Shown piece after piece: positions 23,558 through 37,026 of a stretch of DNA of 64,000 nt (the stretch's first letter is position 1; the number at the start of each line of letters is the position of its first letter). The position numbers and the translations under genes are program-made. This DNA is from Lama glama (lineage: Eukaryota), in contig CM052817.1 in NCBI GenBank assembly GCA_028534125.1, positions 54,438,001 to 54,502,000 on the forward strand. Direction: 5' to 3'. A model generated the notes under the pieces. The model was not told where the DNA came from, ran no database searches, and saw nothing but the letters and a program-made list of their open reading frames with translations.

Positions 23558-26282
23558 GTCCACCCTAGGTGAGTAAGCGACGTCAGATTGAAAGTACGGT
23601 TAGTGTCTCTTTTTACAGGTGCAGATTATTCCGTATTTTCATTATGCAGGTACTGAGTCCCAGTGCGGTTTCTGCCTTCGGTCCATTTTATGTTCCTTCA
23701 AACTTAACATCTACGTGCAAATTCATTGCAGACTTTAAAGTATCCTTCTCTGATAATCCGATGTGAGGATTCAATGATATCATTTCACATCAATAAAAAT
23801 GACCATAATGGATATACAAAGGTGCCGATTCCAAAGCAATGCCTTCTGATAGAGGAAAAGTCTGCTCAAGTTAACTGAGTGACCCTGATCAATTACTGAA
23901 CCCCTTTCTGCCTTCTTTGTAAATGAGAAGGTTAAGTAGGTAATTCTAAGGTCTTTTCCTGGTCTAAAATTTCATGATTTGAAATAGCTAAAGTGTTATT
24001 TTCTGTATCAGTACATTTGAGTTACAGTTGTAAGAGAAACTAAAATTTATTACATGCATCCAACAAGCACATTTTATCCAAATTATATTTGAGTGTATAT
24101 ATTCAGAATAATCTAATGCCCTCCCGGCTCTTAGGGAGGTAAAGTTAACCACAGCACATCTGAAGAACCAAAAAGCTCGTGAGAATTAACAGACCATACC
24201 CAATACAAGTGACTACGGAACTCTGATTCATTCTTCAAAGCTCAACTCCAGTACCAACTGCTCCAAAAAGCCTTTTTTCACCAGTCCCATTCAAAATAAT
24301 CACCCCTTCCATTATATTCCCATAGCACTTTGATGGTATCTCCACAAGAACACCTATTTCATTCTGCTTTTTTCTTGTTCTTTTAAAATTGTTAGTTGCT
24401 TGTTTATATGCCTCCTAGCATTATAGGCTTTTTTCTGGAATGCAAATTACATATTTTAATCATCAGTGTAACTGTATACACAGCATGTTGTAAGTTTTTT
24501 TTTTTAATGGGAAGCGGATTTAATATTGATATTGTTGATCTCTGACCAATTAAATGTTCACAGGCTCAAGTTAGGCTAATTGAATTTGCCTAATATGAGG
24601 CATCTATGAACTCCCGTGAATACCAAAAAATATATATAAATTGACGTCTGGGGTCCCTTGTTACTTAAATAATTTTGGAAAGAGTTAACTCTAACCAATT
24701 GTGACAAGAGGATCTTATTTGTAAAGGAGGCAAAATGGAAAGTACTCAATTCATCTCCCAAATGGATATGCGTAGAAAAGTAGTAAAGTAATAGAATGTA
24801 AAATGAAAAGTGATGTATAGATATTCAATGTTATTAGTGATAGAAGCAGAAATATAAATAAGCAATACCTATAGATCAGTTTTTAGAATCAGACATCACA
24901 ATATGGCAGGTCTGGTAGGACATGTGAAAGGAATAAAATTTCAAAATAGAATTAACGTATTTACCAAAATATGAAACACATTAACTGAAAACTAAGCATA
25001 TTAATTTAAATAAGTGATGAAAAGTATTCACCGCGCAGAGGAGTTGATTGCAAATAAGCAAAATTACAAACAGAATAATGAGGGAGAAAGAACCAAGAAA
25101 GAAAAAAAAAGTAAATAAAAAAACTGATAGTTAACGAAAAGCAGTGGAAAGAAAATAAAATAGGTTAATTGTTTATACAACTTAATCAAATGTCAAGGTA
25201 GCATTTTTTTTTACAGCAGCTACCTGTATTTTAGGCTCAAACTTCATGTTTCCAAATCATTTTTAATCTGATGGGCATAGTCTTCTATATTTGATTTAAG
25301 ATACAAAGTGTCAATATTCCATTGCCAGGAAATCCATGACTCTTGCCAATATTTTTCTAAGATGAACCTGCCACAAAAATAAAATCAAGCGAAACACTGT
25401 GCCCTCTTTGCTACACAATTCTATTTAACACCTTCTTCTCAGGGACAAGATAATATAACAGATGATGTTTGAGCAAAGATGCTATTATACTCAGTAGTTC
25501 TGTGTGCTAGAGTTGTTTTTGATAAAGATGGCACTGTTGGCTTCAATTCCATTAAAACTGAAAAAAAAAATCAATATTTACCAAATGGAAAAGAACCCCT
25601 CCCTAACATCTTTTTAAAAAGCCAAATGGCCAATCATACAGGATAACCACAATTAAAATATTTTAATAACTTTTAAAATTTCTTGACCAAAAGACTTTTT
25701 TCAGATTAATAAGAAATACACTAAGATCTCCAATAGCGTGAAAGTTAGAAAAAGAACATGGATAACCTGTTCACAAAATAAATGTAAATGGCCAGTAAGT
25801 TTAAAGAAATATGTTCTGCCTATACAAATCCAATACATAAAATGTACACAATTACCACATCCCTTATATTTCATGTTTCACCGACGAAATTAGCTGAAAA
25901 GTAGCAGTGTCCTACTGCTAAACTCTAACAAAACTGTGCTGAGACAGCCCTACCTCTATGCTAGTGATGTACATTGACACAATTTTTCTGGAAAGAAAGT
26001 TGACAATATATGTCAACTGCTTTATAGAATATATGTACATCATTAATCCACTGTTTCTATTTACAGATATCACTTCTACAGAAATAAACAAAGGTATGAA
26101 GAAGGATTTTGTACAGTGATACACATCTCAGTTGTAATTGTTATATAAGGAAAGTAAGTATGTAAGTTATCTTGTTTTTTCATCCTCAGTAAATGGCCTC
26201 TTATCTGATTGAAATTGCTAGTTACTCAGCTAGTGGAGAAAAAAGTTGGTAAAGCAAATTTTTTTGAATGATCCACGTATGC

Positions 26283-26670
26283 TGTATTAGGATTCATTTT
26301 GGTTGCAAGCAACAGAAACACAAAATAACAGTAAACAAGGTAAAAGTCTCTTTTTCAGGTGAATGTCTGTTTTGATCCTGGGCTGTTGTGGCCCTCCAAC
26401 GTGAAATAGATACCTTCTTTAGCTTCTTGCTCAGCCACTCATGGCCATGATTCCCAATTCCAGTTCTAGCAATCATGCCTACATTCCAGGAGCAGAGAAG
26501 AAAAGGAGGAAAAGATGGCAGGCTCACACCACGGACATTTTCCTAAAGTTGCACACACCATTTACCCTTTCATTTCCTCCTCAGAAATGGTGAGCTGGTA
26601 ACGCTTATCTGCAAGGCTAATAGGAAATGTTGACTATTCCAGGCTGTCATGTGTCCAGTTGAAAATCAGA
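26283..26670 (-). mobile_element. Old MaLR (MLT1-type) LTR relic
   Basis: tgtattaggattcattttggttgcaagcaacagaaac...acattccaggagcagagaag...gcaaggctaataggaaatgt. Confidence 0.55.
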
Positions 26671-27358
26671 ATTCTTTCCTGATTTGTCTTTTCCTCAGCT
26701 GATGGCTTAACACTGTGCACTGCCCTGGGCTGAGCTTTCCATACTTGAGGTTTTCAGTAACTGAATGAATAGCTACTGCAGACACTAGACAATGCCACCT
26801 TCACTTGAAATGACCTTCTACCTCAACCTGACATAAACTTTCACAGAATTTTAAATTCCTGAGCTTCTGTCATTGGAAAAAATGCTCTCTAATACTCAAT
26901 CAAGTATCTGCAGTTACTCTCTTAAATGCTACTGGGCCTAGATACACTGACAAATCAAGGTAATCAGGGTTAAATCACATCTGCAAAGCAAGCAGCAGTA
27001 CTCATACTCCTACTAGGCCATGTAATGATTAGAATTCTAAGAGGTCTTGGGCTCAGTAGAATAATGACTCAAATTTAGATTATATATATTATCAGAACAT
27101 ATTTGAATGACTGACAGGATAGTTTAATTCTAAGAATCCAGTGATGCTCTCTGTTCTCTGGAATGGACAGCAAAGGACCAGACTGTAGAATCTTACCCGG
27201 GTTATATACCCTTGCTAATTTGATACCCTCTATTCTCTCCTTGATTCAAGCAATTCCCCCTTATTCTTTTTCACTCCAAAAGAAGATCTGTCTATTCTAC
27301 ATCTTAACGACCTGGAAGCTTACCTATAGATCTAGATAAAGTAAATAAAGATCTAGAT

Positions 27359-27499
27359 TTTTTTTGGTGTTTTTGTGGGGGAAGGGGGTAATTAGGTTTA
27401 TTTATTTAGTTAGTTAAATGGAGTTACTAGGGATTGAACCCAGGACCTCCTGCATACTAAGTGAGCACTCTACCACTGAGCTATACACCACCCCCCACC
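27359..27499 (-). mobile_element. tRNA-derived SINE (camelid Vic-1-like)
   Basis: ggtaattaggtttatttattt...gggattgaacccaggacct...ctctaccactgagctatac; TSD ATCTAGAT at 27351-27358 and 27500-27507. Confidence 0.92.
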
Positions 27500-30400
27500 A
27501 TCTAGATGTTTTTAAAAAGAACTTCTGCTAATAAAATGGTTAACATTCTTTACATCCTGACTTTTTTCTTCTCAATGGAAGAGTCTCCTTAGAACCGTTT
27601 TTTCATGATTTCTCTAATGTTGGCACACATGTATGCCAGTTCCAGACAACTGTGAAGGGAACAATAAGCTGCTGCTGCTGCTTTTTTCCCCCTGTAACTT
27701 TCCTAGCTACTTTGTCTCACATCCTACAATTAAATTACCTTTCATAATTTAAATTAGGTTCAACTCCAAATGCTTTAAGCTACTTACTATCAATGTTAGC
27801 AGTAGAACACAGGTTTTTGCAAAAGTACTCAGCATTCATACAAAGTTGCCTTAAAAATGTCACATCACAGTTTCTAGATTCGAGACTCTAGAAATATGAA
27901 AATGTTCAAAAACTCAAACACTGTTTTTGGGTCTCCCTCTTATAAAGGCAAAGGTGCTTTTACTTTACAAATGAAAATATCGTGGTCAACCAGATGTTTA
28001 ATAATGACTGTCATGGCTTATAACAGAAGGGAAAGACTCTTTGTTTTTTATGAAATATTGCCACCCTATTAGATTCTGCTTCTCAACCTCGTTCCTTTAA
28101 GTTTATATTAGACACCAAGAGGAGATATCTGACTCATAATTACTCCTCCTTCTCTGAGAATGGCTCCTATATGTGTGTATGAGGCTCTGTCCATACTACT
28201 TGGTCCTATCCCTTGACCGTGTTTGATCCGGCCAAGGGCAGCTGACCCAAACTTGGCTAATCAACATCCTTCCCTAGGACTTTTCAGACTATACTATGCA
28301 AAGGCTTTCAACATCCCTGATGGTAGAGGAGGCTCAGTAGCTATTCATGGCCATGTTTTCTACGATGTGGTGCTATCTAAACCTGACTTAGTGCAATATG
28401 TTCCTGAAGAATGTCATCAGATTTTTACAATATTGCTAGCCTTAATCAGAAATTCCTTCTTCTTTTGCATCTATATCTAAACTGCCAAACAAGGGGGAAA
28501 TTCTGTATGGACTTGCAGGTATTGTGCTAACATACACTCTGTATGAGGGTGATACCCAGGACAATAAGTTTCCTGTAAAATTGCCTGCTGGATTTCCCTG
28601 AAAGCTGAGCCCACAGAAGGCATATTGCATTATTCTTCTCAGAATATTAGTCACATTATCTTTGTAGTCCTCCCAGTTAGAAGATTTTCTCATTTCTCGT
28701 ATCTGCTTTAATCATATACCTCACTTCTTATAAAAGCAAAATGAAGAGTGGTAGGAAAAATATTGCCTATTTAAAAATACGGTGCTCAGGACCATATAAG
28801 ATATTCAATAAATGTTTCGTGAATGAAATAATTCAAGGCAAGTATTATATAATATATGCTATAAAATACACAAGATGTATCTATTAAACTATGATTTATA
28901 TTAATAGATCTATCATTTATTAAGATTACGTATTAGTAGATGTTATATATCAAAATGAGCGATATCAACTTTAAATTAGTCACCTTGAGTAAAGGAGGCT
29001 GCTGTTGTTCAAAACAAATTGAACCCTTTTGAAATCATTTTATGCTATGGCATGCTTTGGAATAGCCTTGAGATATCAGCAAATCTCTTGCTTTTAAAGT
29101 ACTTTTTTGGCTAGTGGTTTAGAATCAACAGGAAAAAAAAAATCACTGGCATCAAAGAACTGGAAAAGAGCTTGGAGGTCATCTAATTAGTTGTCAAACC
29201 AGGAGAAAATTTTTTTTTGTTCAAAAATATGTAAAGTCTGACTAAATTTTCATGTGGATTAATTTTAGACTACAACTCCTTTAAAGTAATGACCCTTACC
29301 TTCTGTGGGCAGGGCCTCATCCTCCCAAGAAACCAGCAACATAGGTGTTATCTCCACTTCATTAACATCGTTTTTACTCAGTAGAGTACGCCATTTGGAC
29401 AAGTGTGTCTTACTAAACCTCTGTATATGCTGATAGAGATTCTAAAAGCAAGTTTTTACAATGAGAGCCTTCCTCCTTGGCTACAGTTCTTTCGATCAGG
29501 AAGGGAAGGAGTTAAGTTGCTTGATCAACAGCTGGCTATTCAAGCCTTCTTCCTGGGGAAATTGGAATCGGGGCTGAGAAAGTCATTGCTTCGTTCTCTG
29601 AATAGGCCATATAAGTCACCAAGCTGTGGTGTGGCCCTCTTTTCCTTGCGACTTTAATTCAAGAATAAGAGGTGTTTCGTTTTTGATAGGAGGCCTGGAC
29701 TGGTCAATCATCAGTTGAACTTGCCTTTAGCCACCCAGCAGAAGAAGTGAAGAGAACGCTACTCTGCAGAAAGAGCATAAAACACGGGCACAGAGTGAGC
29801 CTAGATGAAATGCAAAGAGAGAGATTTTGGATGGCTTTCTGGACCAGGGTTCTGTTTCTCTCCTGCGATCCAGCTACATTTCTGTACTTTGTTTCTGAAG
29901 AACAACCCTTGAGGTATTATAGTATATTCTCCTTTTTGAGGAAGCCAGCATAACTTTGTCATAGTTATTAATGAGTTTTGTCTGGTCGGTTCCATCTTCC
30001 TACTTTTGAAAATAGCATGCCTCTTCCGTAGGTGTCCTTTTCCTCTGTGCTTTATATATTAGTAATGATCTGTCCATTGTGGTACCCAGCCCACATAGGG
30101 AAGGCAGATGATGCAGGCCAAATCATATATTGTAACCAGCTCTACCCCAGTGATCTGTTATAGATGGCCAGATGACTTAAGCCAGACTATTCAGAGGCAT
30201 TCCCTGAGATTTTCAAAATATAAACACTGGAATAGAGGAATTTTACCTCCTTTGCTGATGTGTTTTCAAGTTGGAATTATGCAAATCTGAAGTATATATG
30301 TATATATGTATGTATTATCAGTTAATTAGTTATATTATTTCAAGCTGCTTCTCAGGGATTTAACAATGAAAAAAATAAAATAATAATTTTCTCACAAAAT

Positions 30401-31439
30401 GGTGAAAAGATTAAGTGTACACATGTCAACAGCTTGGTATATCTTTACCTTATGTTATTTAATATTAGATTTTAATTAGATATATTAGTTATGTTTACAT
30501 GAAATGTCATGAAACAAAATTCCAAATCTATACTGTACCTCTTACACTGAGGTATGCATACTGTGTTTCTGATTCTCTAATGGTTAAGAAAATCTTGGTT
30601 TAGGACTCTAAACTGAAGAGGATATAGTATACAGGTAAGATACCTTTGTTGCTTTCAAACATTCAGAGATCCAGGTTAATGGCGATTCCTCCATCTTTAA
30701 CACATGGCTTTCTCCACTGCACTGGGCAGACCATGGGGAAGAGAGGTGAGGGGTGATTTCTTAGCATTTTATTTATGGGCCTGCATGATCCTTATCGCCA
30801 AATTCCCACAAGAACTCAGTCATATGGCTACACTAACTGTAAAGGAGGCTGGCAAATGTAATCTACTTTTGGATCCAGGAAGAAATTGATGTGAGTTTGA
30901 TAAATAACTATGCTGTTCTTGCCATATACTCTCTTGGCAGTTCTGAAATAATGAAGCATAAAAGAATATTCAGAATTGTGCAACATAATCACTGCCACGT
31001 AACTGAAGTAATATTCTGGCTGTATGTCATGGTACAAAGAACTCAGGACATGGATTCAGACGATGCTATTTTCAGTCTTGTCCTTACCACTAATGCACGG
31101 AGTATTGGACAAGTCAGTTGATATTTCTAGATTTTATCTATCCTGTTGGAAAAATTGGTATTTTAAAATATCTGTCCTACCTGCATTACAAGGTTAATGT
31201 GGCCACCGAATTATGTATATTGTAAATTTAGAGTACTGTGCAAATGGAAGATCCTTGCTAGGACACACACACACACACGCACACACACAACTACACCATT
31301 TATACGCATAGAACTCTGTGTGCTATACTCTGATTCTCGTGTTTTCCCATGCTGCTTGAATGTCTTGTCCATAAATGCTGTATCCTCTTCTGGAGATGAT
31401 ATGATGCACCTGCATATTCCTTCTTCCCAGGACCAAAGT

Positions 31440-31829
31440 ATTAATTCCACAGCATGAAGAATGTACGCTGCTCACAGATGAGTTCCTCAAGTATTCCCTC
31501 CCTCTGTTGAAGGGAGATATCTTACTCAAGATGATATTCCCTCCCTAGGAACATAATTCAACTTCTGTCCTTCACAGCAGTAATTATGGTGGGCTCCTTT
31601 CCTACTTCTAGATGACTCTGAAGGACCATCTCATGTTCCTGGAGCCCCCACTGAACTGATGGTGGCTTCATGAGCCCCACTCTTCCCTCTAGCCAGTTCT
31701 GAGTCCCTCATCCCACACCCCCGTCCATCCCCATTCCCACCCTGAATTGTTCCTTAGAGCACTTCTGGATAAACCTTCTGTGCGCATTCCCATCTTAGAA
31801 CCTGCTTCCTAGGACCCATGACCTACAGT
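31440..31829 (+). mobile_element. ERVL-type (LTR16-like) LTR relic
   Basis: 3' end gagcacttctggataaaccttctgtgcgcattcccatcttagaacctgcttcctaggacccatgacctaca. Confidence 0.5.
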
Positions 31830-31909
31830 AGCCTCCTAGCTCCTACCTTGCCTTTGCTATCGTTTTTTCTCAACACTCAGCCAGAGACATGCTGTTAGAA
31901 CAAAATAAC

Positions 31910-32361
31910 TGTGTTAGTTTCCTAGAGCTAACGTAACAAAGTACTGCAAACTGGGTAACTTAAAACAACAGAATTCTATTGTCTCACTGTTTTTCTAGAA
32001 GTTGGAAATCAAGATGTTGGCAGAGCTAATCTCCCTCTGAGACTCTAGATAAAGCCCTTCCTTGCTTCTTGCTAACTTCTGACAGTGGCCGTCAATCCTT
32101 GGCATTCCACAGTTGGCAGCTACATCCCTCCAAATTCAGCCTCTTCATCACATGGTGCTCTCCCTGTATGTCTGTCTTTGCATGGTGTTTTCCTTTTCTT
32201 ATAAGGAGGCTGGTTGTAATGGATTAGGAGTCACCCTAATGACCTCATCTTAACTTGATGATATCTACAAAAACCCTTTTTCCAAATAAGGCCAAATTCA
32301 CAGGTACCTGGGGTTAGGACATCAACATACCTTTTGGGGGTGCACAGTTCAGCTCCTAACA
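31910..32361 (-). mobile_element. MaLR solo LTR (MLT1-type)
   Basis: tgtgttagtttcctagagct..taacaaagtactgcaaactgggtaacttaaaacaacagaa...ccaaataaggccaaattcacaggtacctggggttaggac...cacagttcagctcctaaca (TG...CA). Confidence 0.9.
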
Positions 32362-32786
32362 ATGGCCTTGCCTTAAACCCTCCAGCTGTGCCCTCTATCA
32401 CTCAGACTAAATCTGAAATGGCCTGCAAAGCCCTGCAAAGTCTGACTCCCACCAACTCCATGGCTGATCTTCAGCATCTCTCCCCAGAGATCACTTTGCT
32501 GCAGTCATAGTAGCTTCCTTGTTGCTCCTTCCACATTCCAGGCACACCCCTGTCTCAGGGCTCTGCATCTGCTAATCTTTGCACCTCGAGTGCTCTTCAC
32601 CCAGAGGTTCGCACCACTCTTTGCCTAACTTCCTTCAGGTCTGTGCACAAAAGTTGCTTCTCAGGTGCTTTTTCTAACACTCCACTTAAAATTACAAACA
32701 ATCTTATCCCACTTCCTTTTTTTCTTCCACAGAACTTCTCACCTTCTAATACACCACATAATTTACTTATTCACTTGTGTTTATTG

Positions 32787-33038
32787 CAGGCCTACAATAT
32801 GACTTCTGTGGCCTCAAGGCTCTTTTGCCTTAATGATCCCCTTCCTCCATAAAAATTATTTTAAATTATATTTTATGACTGCATCAGTATGAAGAAAAAT
32901 ATAATTCAGATGGATGCATTATTGTAACATTCTATTTTTCCTTCTGGTTTTAAAACACATTAAAATTAAAACATTCTCATGGGCCCTTCATAGTACTGTG
33001 GGGCTTAGGCCCTGTAGGTAATGGATAAGTTGGCCCTG
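32787..33038. mobile_element. Small hAT-Tip100-like DNA transposon relic
   Basis: Starts caggcct..., ends taatggataagttggccctg (inverted-terminus-like); splits the L2 sequence. Confidence 0.45.
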
Positions 33039-36000
33039 ATTTGTAGCTGTTTCCCCATCAGAATATAAGCTCTTGGAGGATGAGAACTTTTGTCTGTTTC
33101 GCTCATTGATATTTCCCCAGCAAGTAAAACAGGGCCTGCCATATAGCAATGTTCAATAAATATTTGCTGAACATATGAATGGCTAAAAATATCATTTTGG
33201 TTTTCCATTAGACTTAGTTTTCCATTCCCTTAGTGAAATTGGTTTGTGTGGCTTAACCTAGAATGTGCTGTTACTTCCACTTCAACACTTAAAACTTCAA
33301 GAATAATTCTGCAATAGGCCAAGCAGGCTTTGAACTAACCGCAGGTCTCTAGCCTTACACAACACTTGGGAACCATGGGATGCTTATGGTAGGTGAGCCA
33401 GAGGAATTACTTTTCTGTAGCCCACCTTGGTGCACTGGGGAGTTCTATATTCTGTCAGGGAATTATTACAAATATTATGAGAAACATTTTTTGAAATTAA
33501 AAAAAAACTTCCTTAAATAATTACAAAAAAAATTTGCTGGTACCTTGAGCTAAACCATAATCTTGAAATATCTCCTAAGTAACAAAATAAATCATGAAAA
33601 AAAACTTAAAATAATTTTACAGAACTAAAGTAGTGTGGCTGCCGTATTACAGAGATTTGTTTTAATGAAAAAAGGAAAAACAAAAACTGTATGAAACTGG
33701 TGGGTCTCAGGTGGTGGAGCAAGGATAAAAGAATGACTAAATTTGATTTGTATTTATTAGAAAAGGAGAGATCAGACCTCCAATTTGATTTGGGAAAACT
33801 GAAGTTAAACTTGCAGGGGTATAAATATTGCTTATTTTGTACTGAAGAATCCTGGTACTTATAAATTTCTTGGGATAAAAATCACTGAAACCCTTTTGAG
33901 AAGAAATATCATTTCATGAGATGCAAAAATCATTACAGTGCTGCATACATTTATTAACATGTAGAATATTTTAATGTACAGAAAATTAGGAAACATCATT
34001 ATTTCTTTACCCTTTCTAGAACGACTAGAAAATTTTCCATTTGTTCTACATTCCACAGCCTCATGTGTTTTCCTCAGAACTTGGCTAACCCTCAAAATTT
34101 AGTTACACATGTCTGTCCACCATTAGACTGCTGAGGAAGCAGGTAAAATTTATTTTAGTGCATATATTACCCAGCATGATGTGTTTCATATGGAATAGAT
34201 ATTTAATGAATGAACTGTTGAATATGAAGCAATTTAAAAACTATAGACACAGGGTTATTTCTTAAGGTTATTTTTACTGTATAAATATTTAGGAAATTCT
34301 TTCCTTCGAAGGTTTCTTTTTTACTACCCGACACAAATGTGTTCATTTGCCTAGTTAAGATATGGAGTTCCAAGCCCATCAAAGCATAGCAGTAATATTG
34401 ATTTAATACTTGCCTAGAAGTTTGTGAAGAACATTATATACATGATCTCATTTAATAATAAAAACAACTCAGAGATACAGGAGTTATTTACTTCATATTC
34501 TAAATTAAAAAGGCCAAGGACTGGATAACTTGCTCAAGGTCAGACAGGCAGTCAGTTGAAGAGCTCAATTCAAACCTAAGCCTGAATAATTCCAAAATTA
34601 ATTCCTGTTCCTTCTCTTACATTTGCAAAAGATCAACTCTACAAAGTACTGTGGCATTTTGGAACAAAAGCAATCTTTTTAAGCAAGCTATTAAGAGATA
34701 ACATAATGAACTTTTATAAAATAGTTGAAATTTTAATTTAGTAACCAATACATTAAAATAATAATTCTGAAACATAATGATTTTTGCCAGAGAGACCTAT
34801 ATGAAAATGATGAATATATTTCTAGGGAAGATGTAGACATTTACAGTGACAAATATTGGTTCATAGTGTTTTATATCATTTTAAAATCTATATTTTTTCT
34901 TGTCCAGTTCAATTGTGAAAATTATTCTACCACTTTTATCTTCTTTGTGCTTCTTTGTCTTTTGTGATTATGTATTTCTGCCTGCCTCCTTTAGTCTTAG
35001 GTGTCCCATCTTTGCTTCTATTGCTGATTTTTTCTACCTTATTTCTATGAATTCATCATTCATCCAAAGTTTCTTTATATCTTTTCTTTTTTTTTTTGTT
35101 CTCCTGAAAGACCTTATTACCATATTGTCTATGTGGCTTTAAAAAGTTTCAATGTAGATCTGTGCAATGTTTCTTCTCAGATTTCAGAGCCAAGGAAATA
35201 TCTCTTTTCTGATAATTTGGTTTTCTACTTATTAGCTATTGAGGGCTATGTATCCTATTATGTTCCCCTTTTGCTTTGAATGCCAGAAAGATAAGCATTT
35301 GGTTTTTTGCACAATAGCAATAGTTCCCCTAGACTTCGTTGTCTGGGATGATTATGGTTCTCATCATTACTTGTCTGTTGTCATTGTTCAAATGATGTTA
35401 CAGTTTTGTTATGTGTGACCTTAATTTGTAAGATCCCTCCCTTTCCTGTTGAAGATAAGGAAGAAAAAGAGGAAAAGATGAGAAAGAGACTGAAAGAGAA
35501 AGGAGAGGTAGGCAATTTTAACACTTCATCAGTTTTGCTGCAAGTCTGGTTCTGCCCTGTTTTCTTCAGTTTAAGTTAATGATTTCTGTCTTGATTCACT
35601 GAACAAGTTCTTGCTCTGTATCCAACTCAGCGTCGCTGGGATGGCTGCTTTATTCTTTTGTGCTCGACATGTCTTCATATTTCATTTCCTCTGGGAATGG
35701 AGCATTTCTTTATGACAAATTTTTTCTACAGTCTCTCTTCTTCCCAGATGGAAGCCCTGCTTGTAAAGGCCAGATCTACATAGGCAGTCTTGTTATCCTT
35801 GGCCAGGTAGACCCTATTCTGAATGGGAGACTCTCTGTCCATCTGTCTGTTGCTATATATACGTATGCACACATACCTGTGTGTACACACGTGTATATAC
35901 GCACATACATGCATATTAATAGAATTAAGAGTCCAATAGGAGGTGCTGGTGTGTCTATTCACATTAATGCTAACCACTTATCTAGGCCGTTTCTGTTATC

Positions 36001-36134
36001 TGTCCCATATTTTAGTTGGTTGACTTTTCCTCTACTATTTGTCTTTCAAGGTGTCTTTTACAACTTAGCATCTATGTCTAGTTTGAGATTCATGCCCAAC
36101 ACTGCCAGCCTCAACCCATTTCAAGTATTCCCTT

Positions 36135-37026
36135 TTTTCCCTCCTGCTAAAAGCTTTATTGTTTCCATTTGGTCCAAGGCTTGGGAGAGGGCTCCAGGAT
36201 GGTTAAAAAGCTGCCTGGTGACTGCAGAGAGAGGCTTCAGGCAGAAGCCATGACATCAAAGGCTGCTGGGTTGCAGAGGCTCCTAGTCGTGCTTGAGGGT
36301 GAGCCTTTCCAAGAGGTACTCACCCAGCCCAGCCTGGGGACCAGCCAGCCTGTAGAGGTTAGTCAGGAGGTCGCCTATCTTCTTGATGAGTGTCACCTCC
36401 TCATCTAGGAAATGGCTCTCCCAGAAGTCACAGAGGTGGGGGTCTGCCCAGGCAGAACCCAGGGCACACAGATCCAAAAGGGCCTGGTTCAGGTTCTTCT
36501 CTCAGAGCACAGTTGCTTCCGTAGCGTCCTGGGTCTTATCCCACTCGTCATGAGGTGGCTTCTGTATGTCCTGGAAGAGGGTGCAGCCGCTGCGCTGGTT
36601 TTGCAATTTCAAGAGCCAGTCATCACCTTCTTGCTTCTCCTCAGCCAATTCGTGGAAAAAGTGGCCCACACCCTCCAGAGTCACATCCTCGCAGTCGAAA
36701 TAGCAGCCCAGAGAGAGGCAGCTGTAGGAAGCCCACGGATGCATGCTGACTAGGCGGTTGAAGGCGGCCTCCACTTCGGTGGAATAATTCTGACGAAATC
36801 TGGGCGCTCACGATTGATCGGTAATAAGGAGTTAAGCTCAAAAAAAAAAAAAAAAAAAGTCTGGTCCCAGAGGCTGAGGATAGCAGAGTGGCTGGTTCCG
36901 AAGGTTGTGACTGGAAAAAAGGCTGAAGGGTGGTTGGAGGCTGGAGCAAGGGGCATTCCTGGGTCTGTTCGGTCCAAACACTGTTGAAGCAAGAGACAGA
37001 TCCGCGGGACAGCTGAACGCACTGCC
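36135..37026 (-). pseudogene. FTL: Full-length processed pseudogene of ferritin light chain
   Basis: [87 protein letters not shown] (stop 36283). Start mutated to GTG (36811), +1 frameshift just after it, in-frame TGA at 36502. Intronless, with 5' UTR, AATAAA (36155-36160) and degenerate TSD (36122-36134 / 37026-37037). Confidence 0.98.
36963..36997 (-). promoter_or_regulatory. Iron-responsive element (IRE) hairpin in the FTL retrocopy 5' UTR
   Basis: GTCTCTTGCTTCAACAGTGTTTGGACCGAACAGAC: CAGUGU loop, bulged C, paired stems. Confidence 0.92.

Larger units (their letters stand above)
31830..33182 (+). mobile_element. L2 LINE 3' fragment interrupted by an MLT1 LTR and a hAT element
   Basis: caacactcagccagaga...[MLT1]...ggcctgcaaagccctgca...ccaggcacacccctgtctcagggc...[hAT]...agaatataagctcttggagg...caataaatatttgctgaa. 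Confidence 0.7.

Noticed and set aside
20235..23568. Numerous overlapping 60-200 aa ORFs on both strands
   Set aside because: Expected in GC-rich CpG islands with few stop codons; low-complexity R/A/P/G peptides with no recognisable protein
35660..36253. 197-aa plus-strand ORF
   Set aside because: Runs through a TA/CA-rich simple repeat and into the antisense FTL 3' UTR; no domain or splice support
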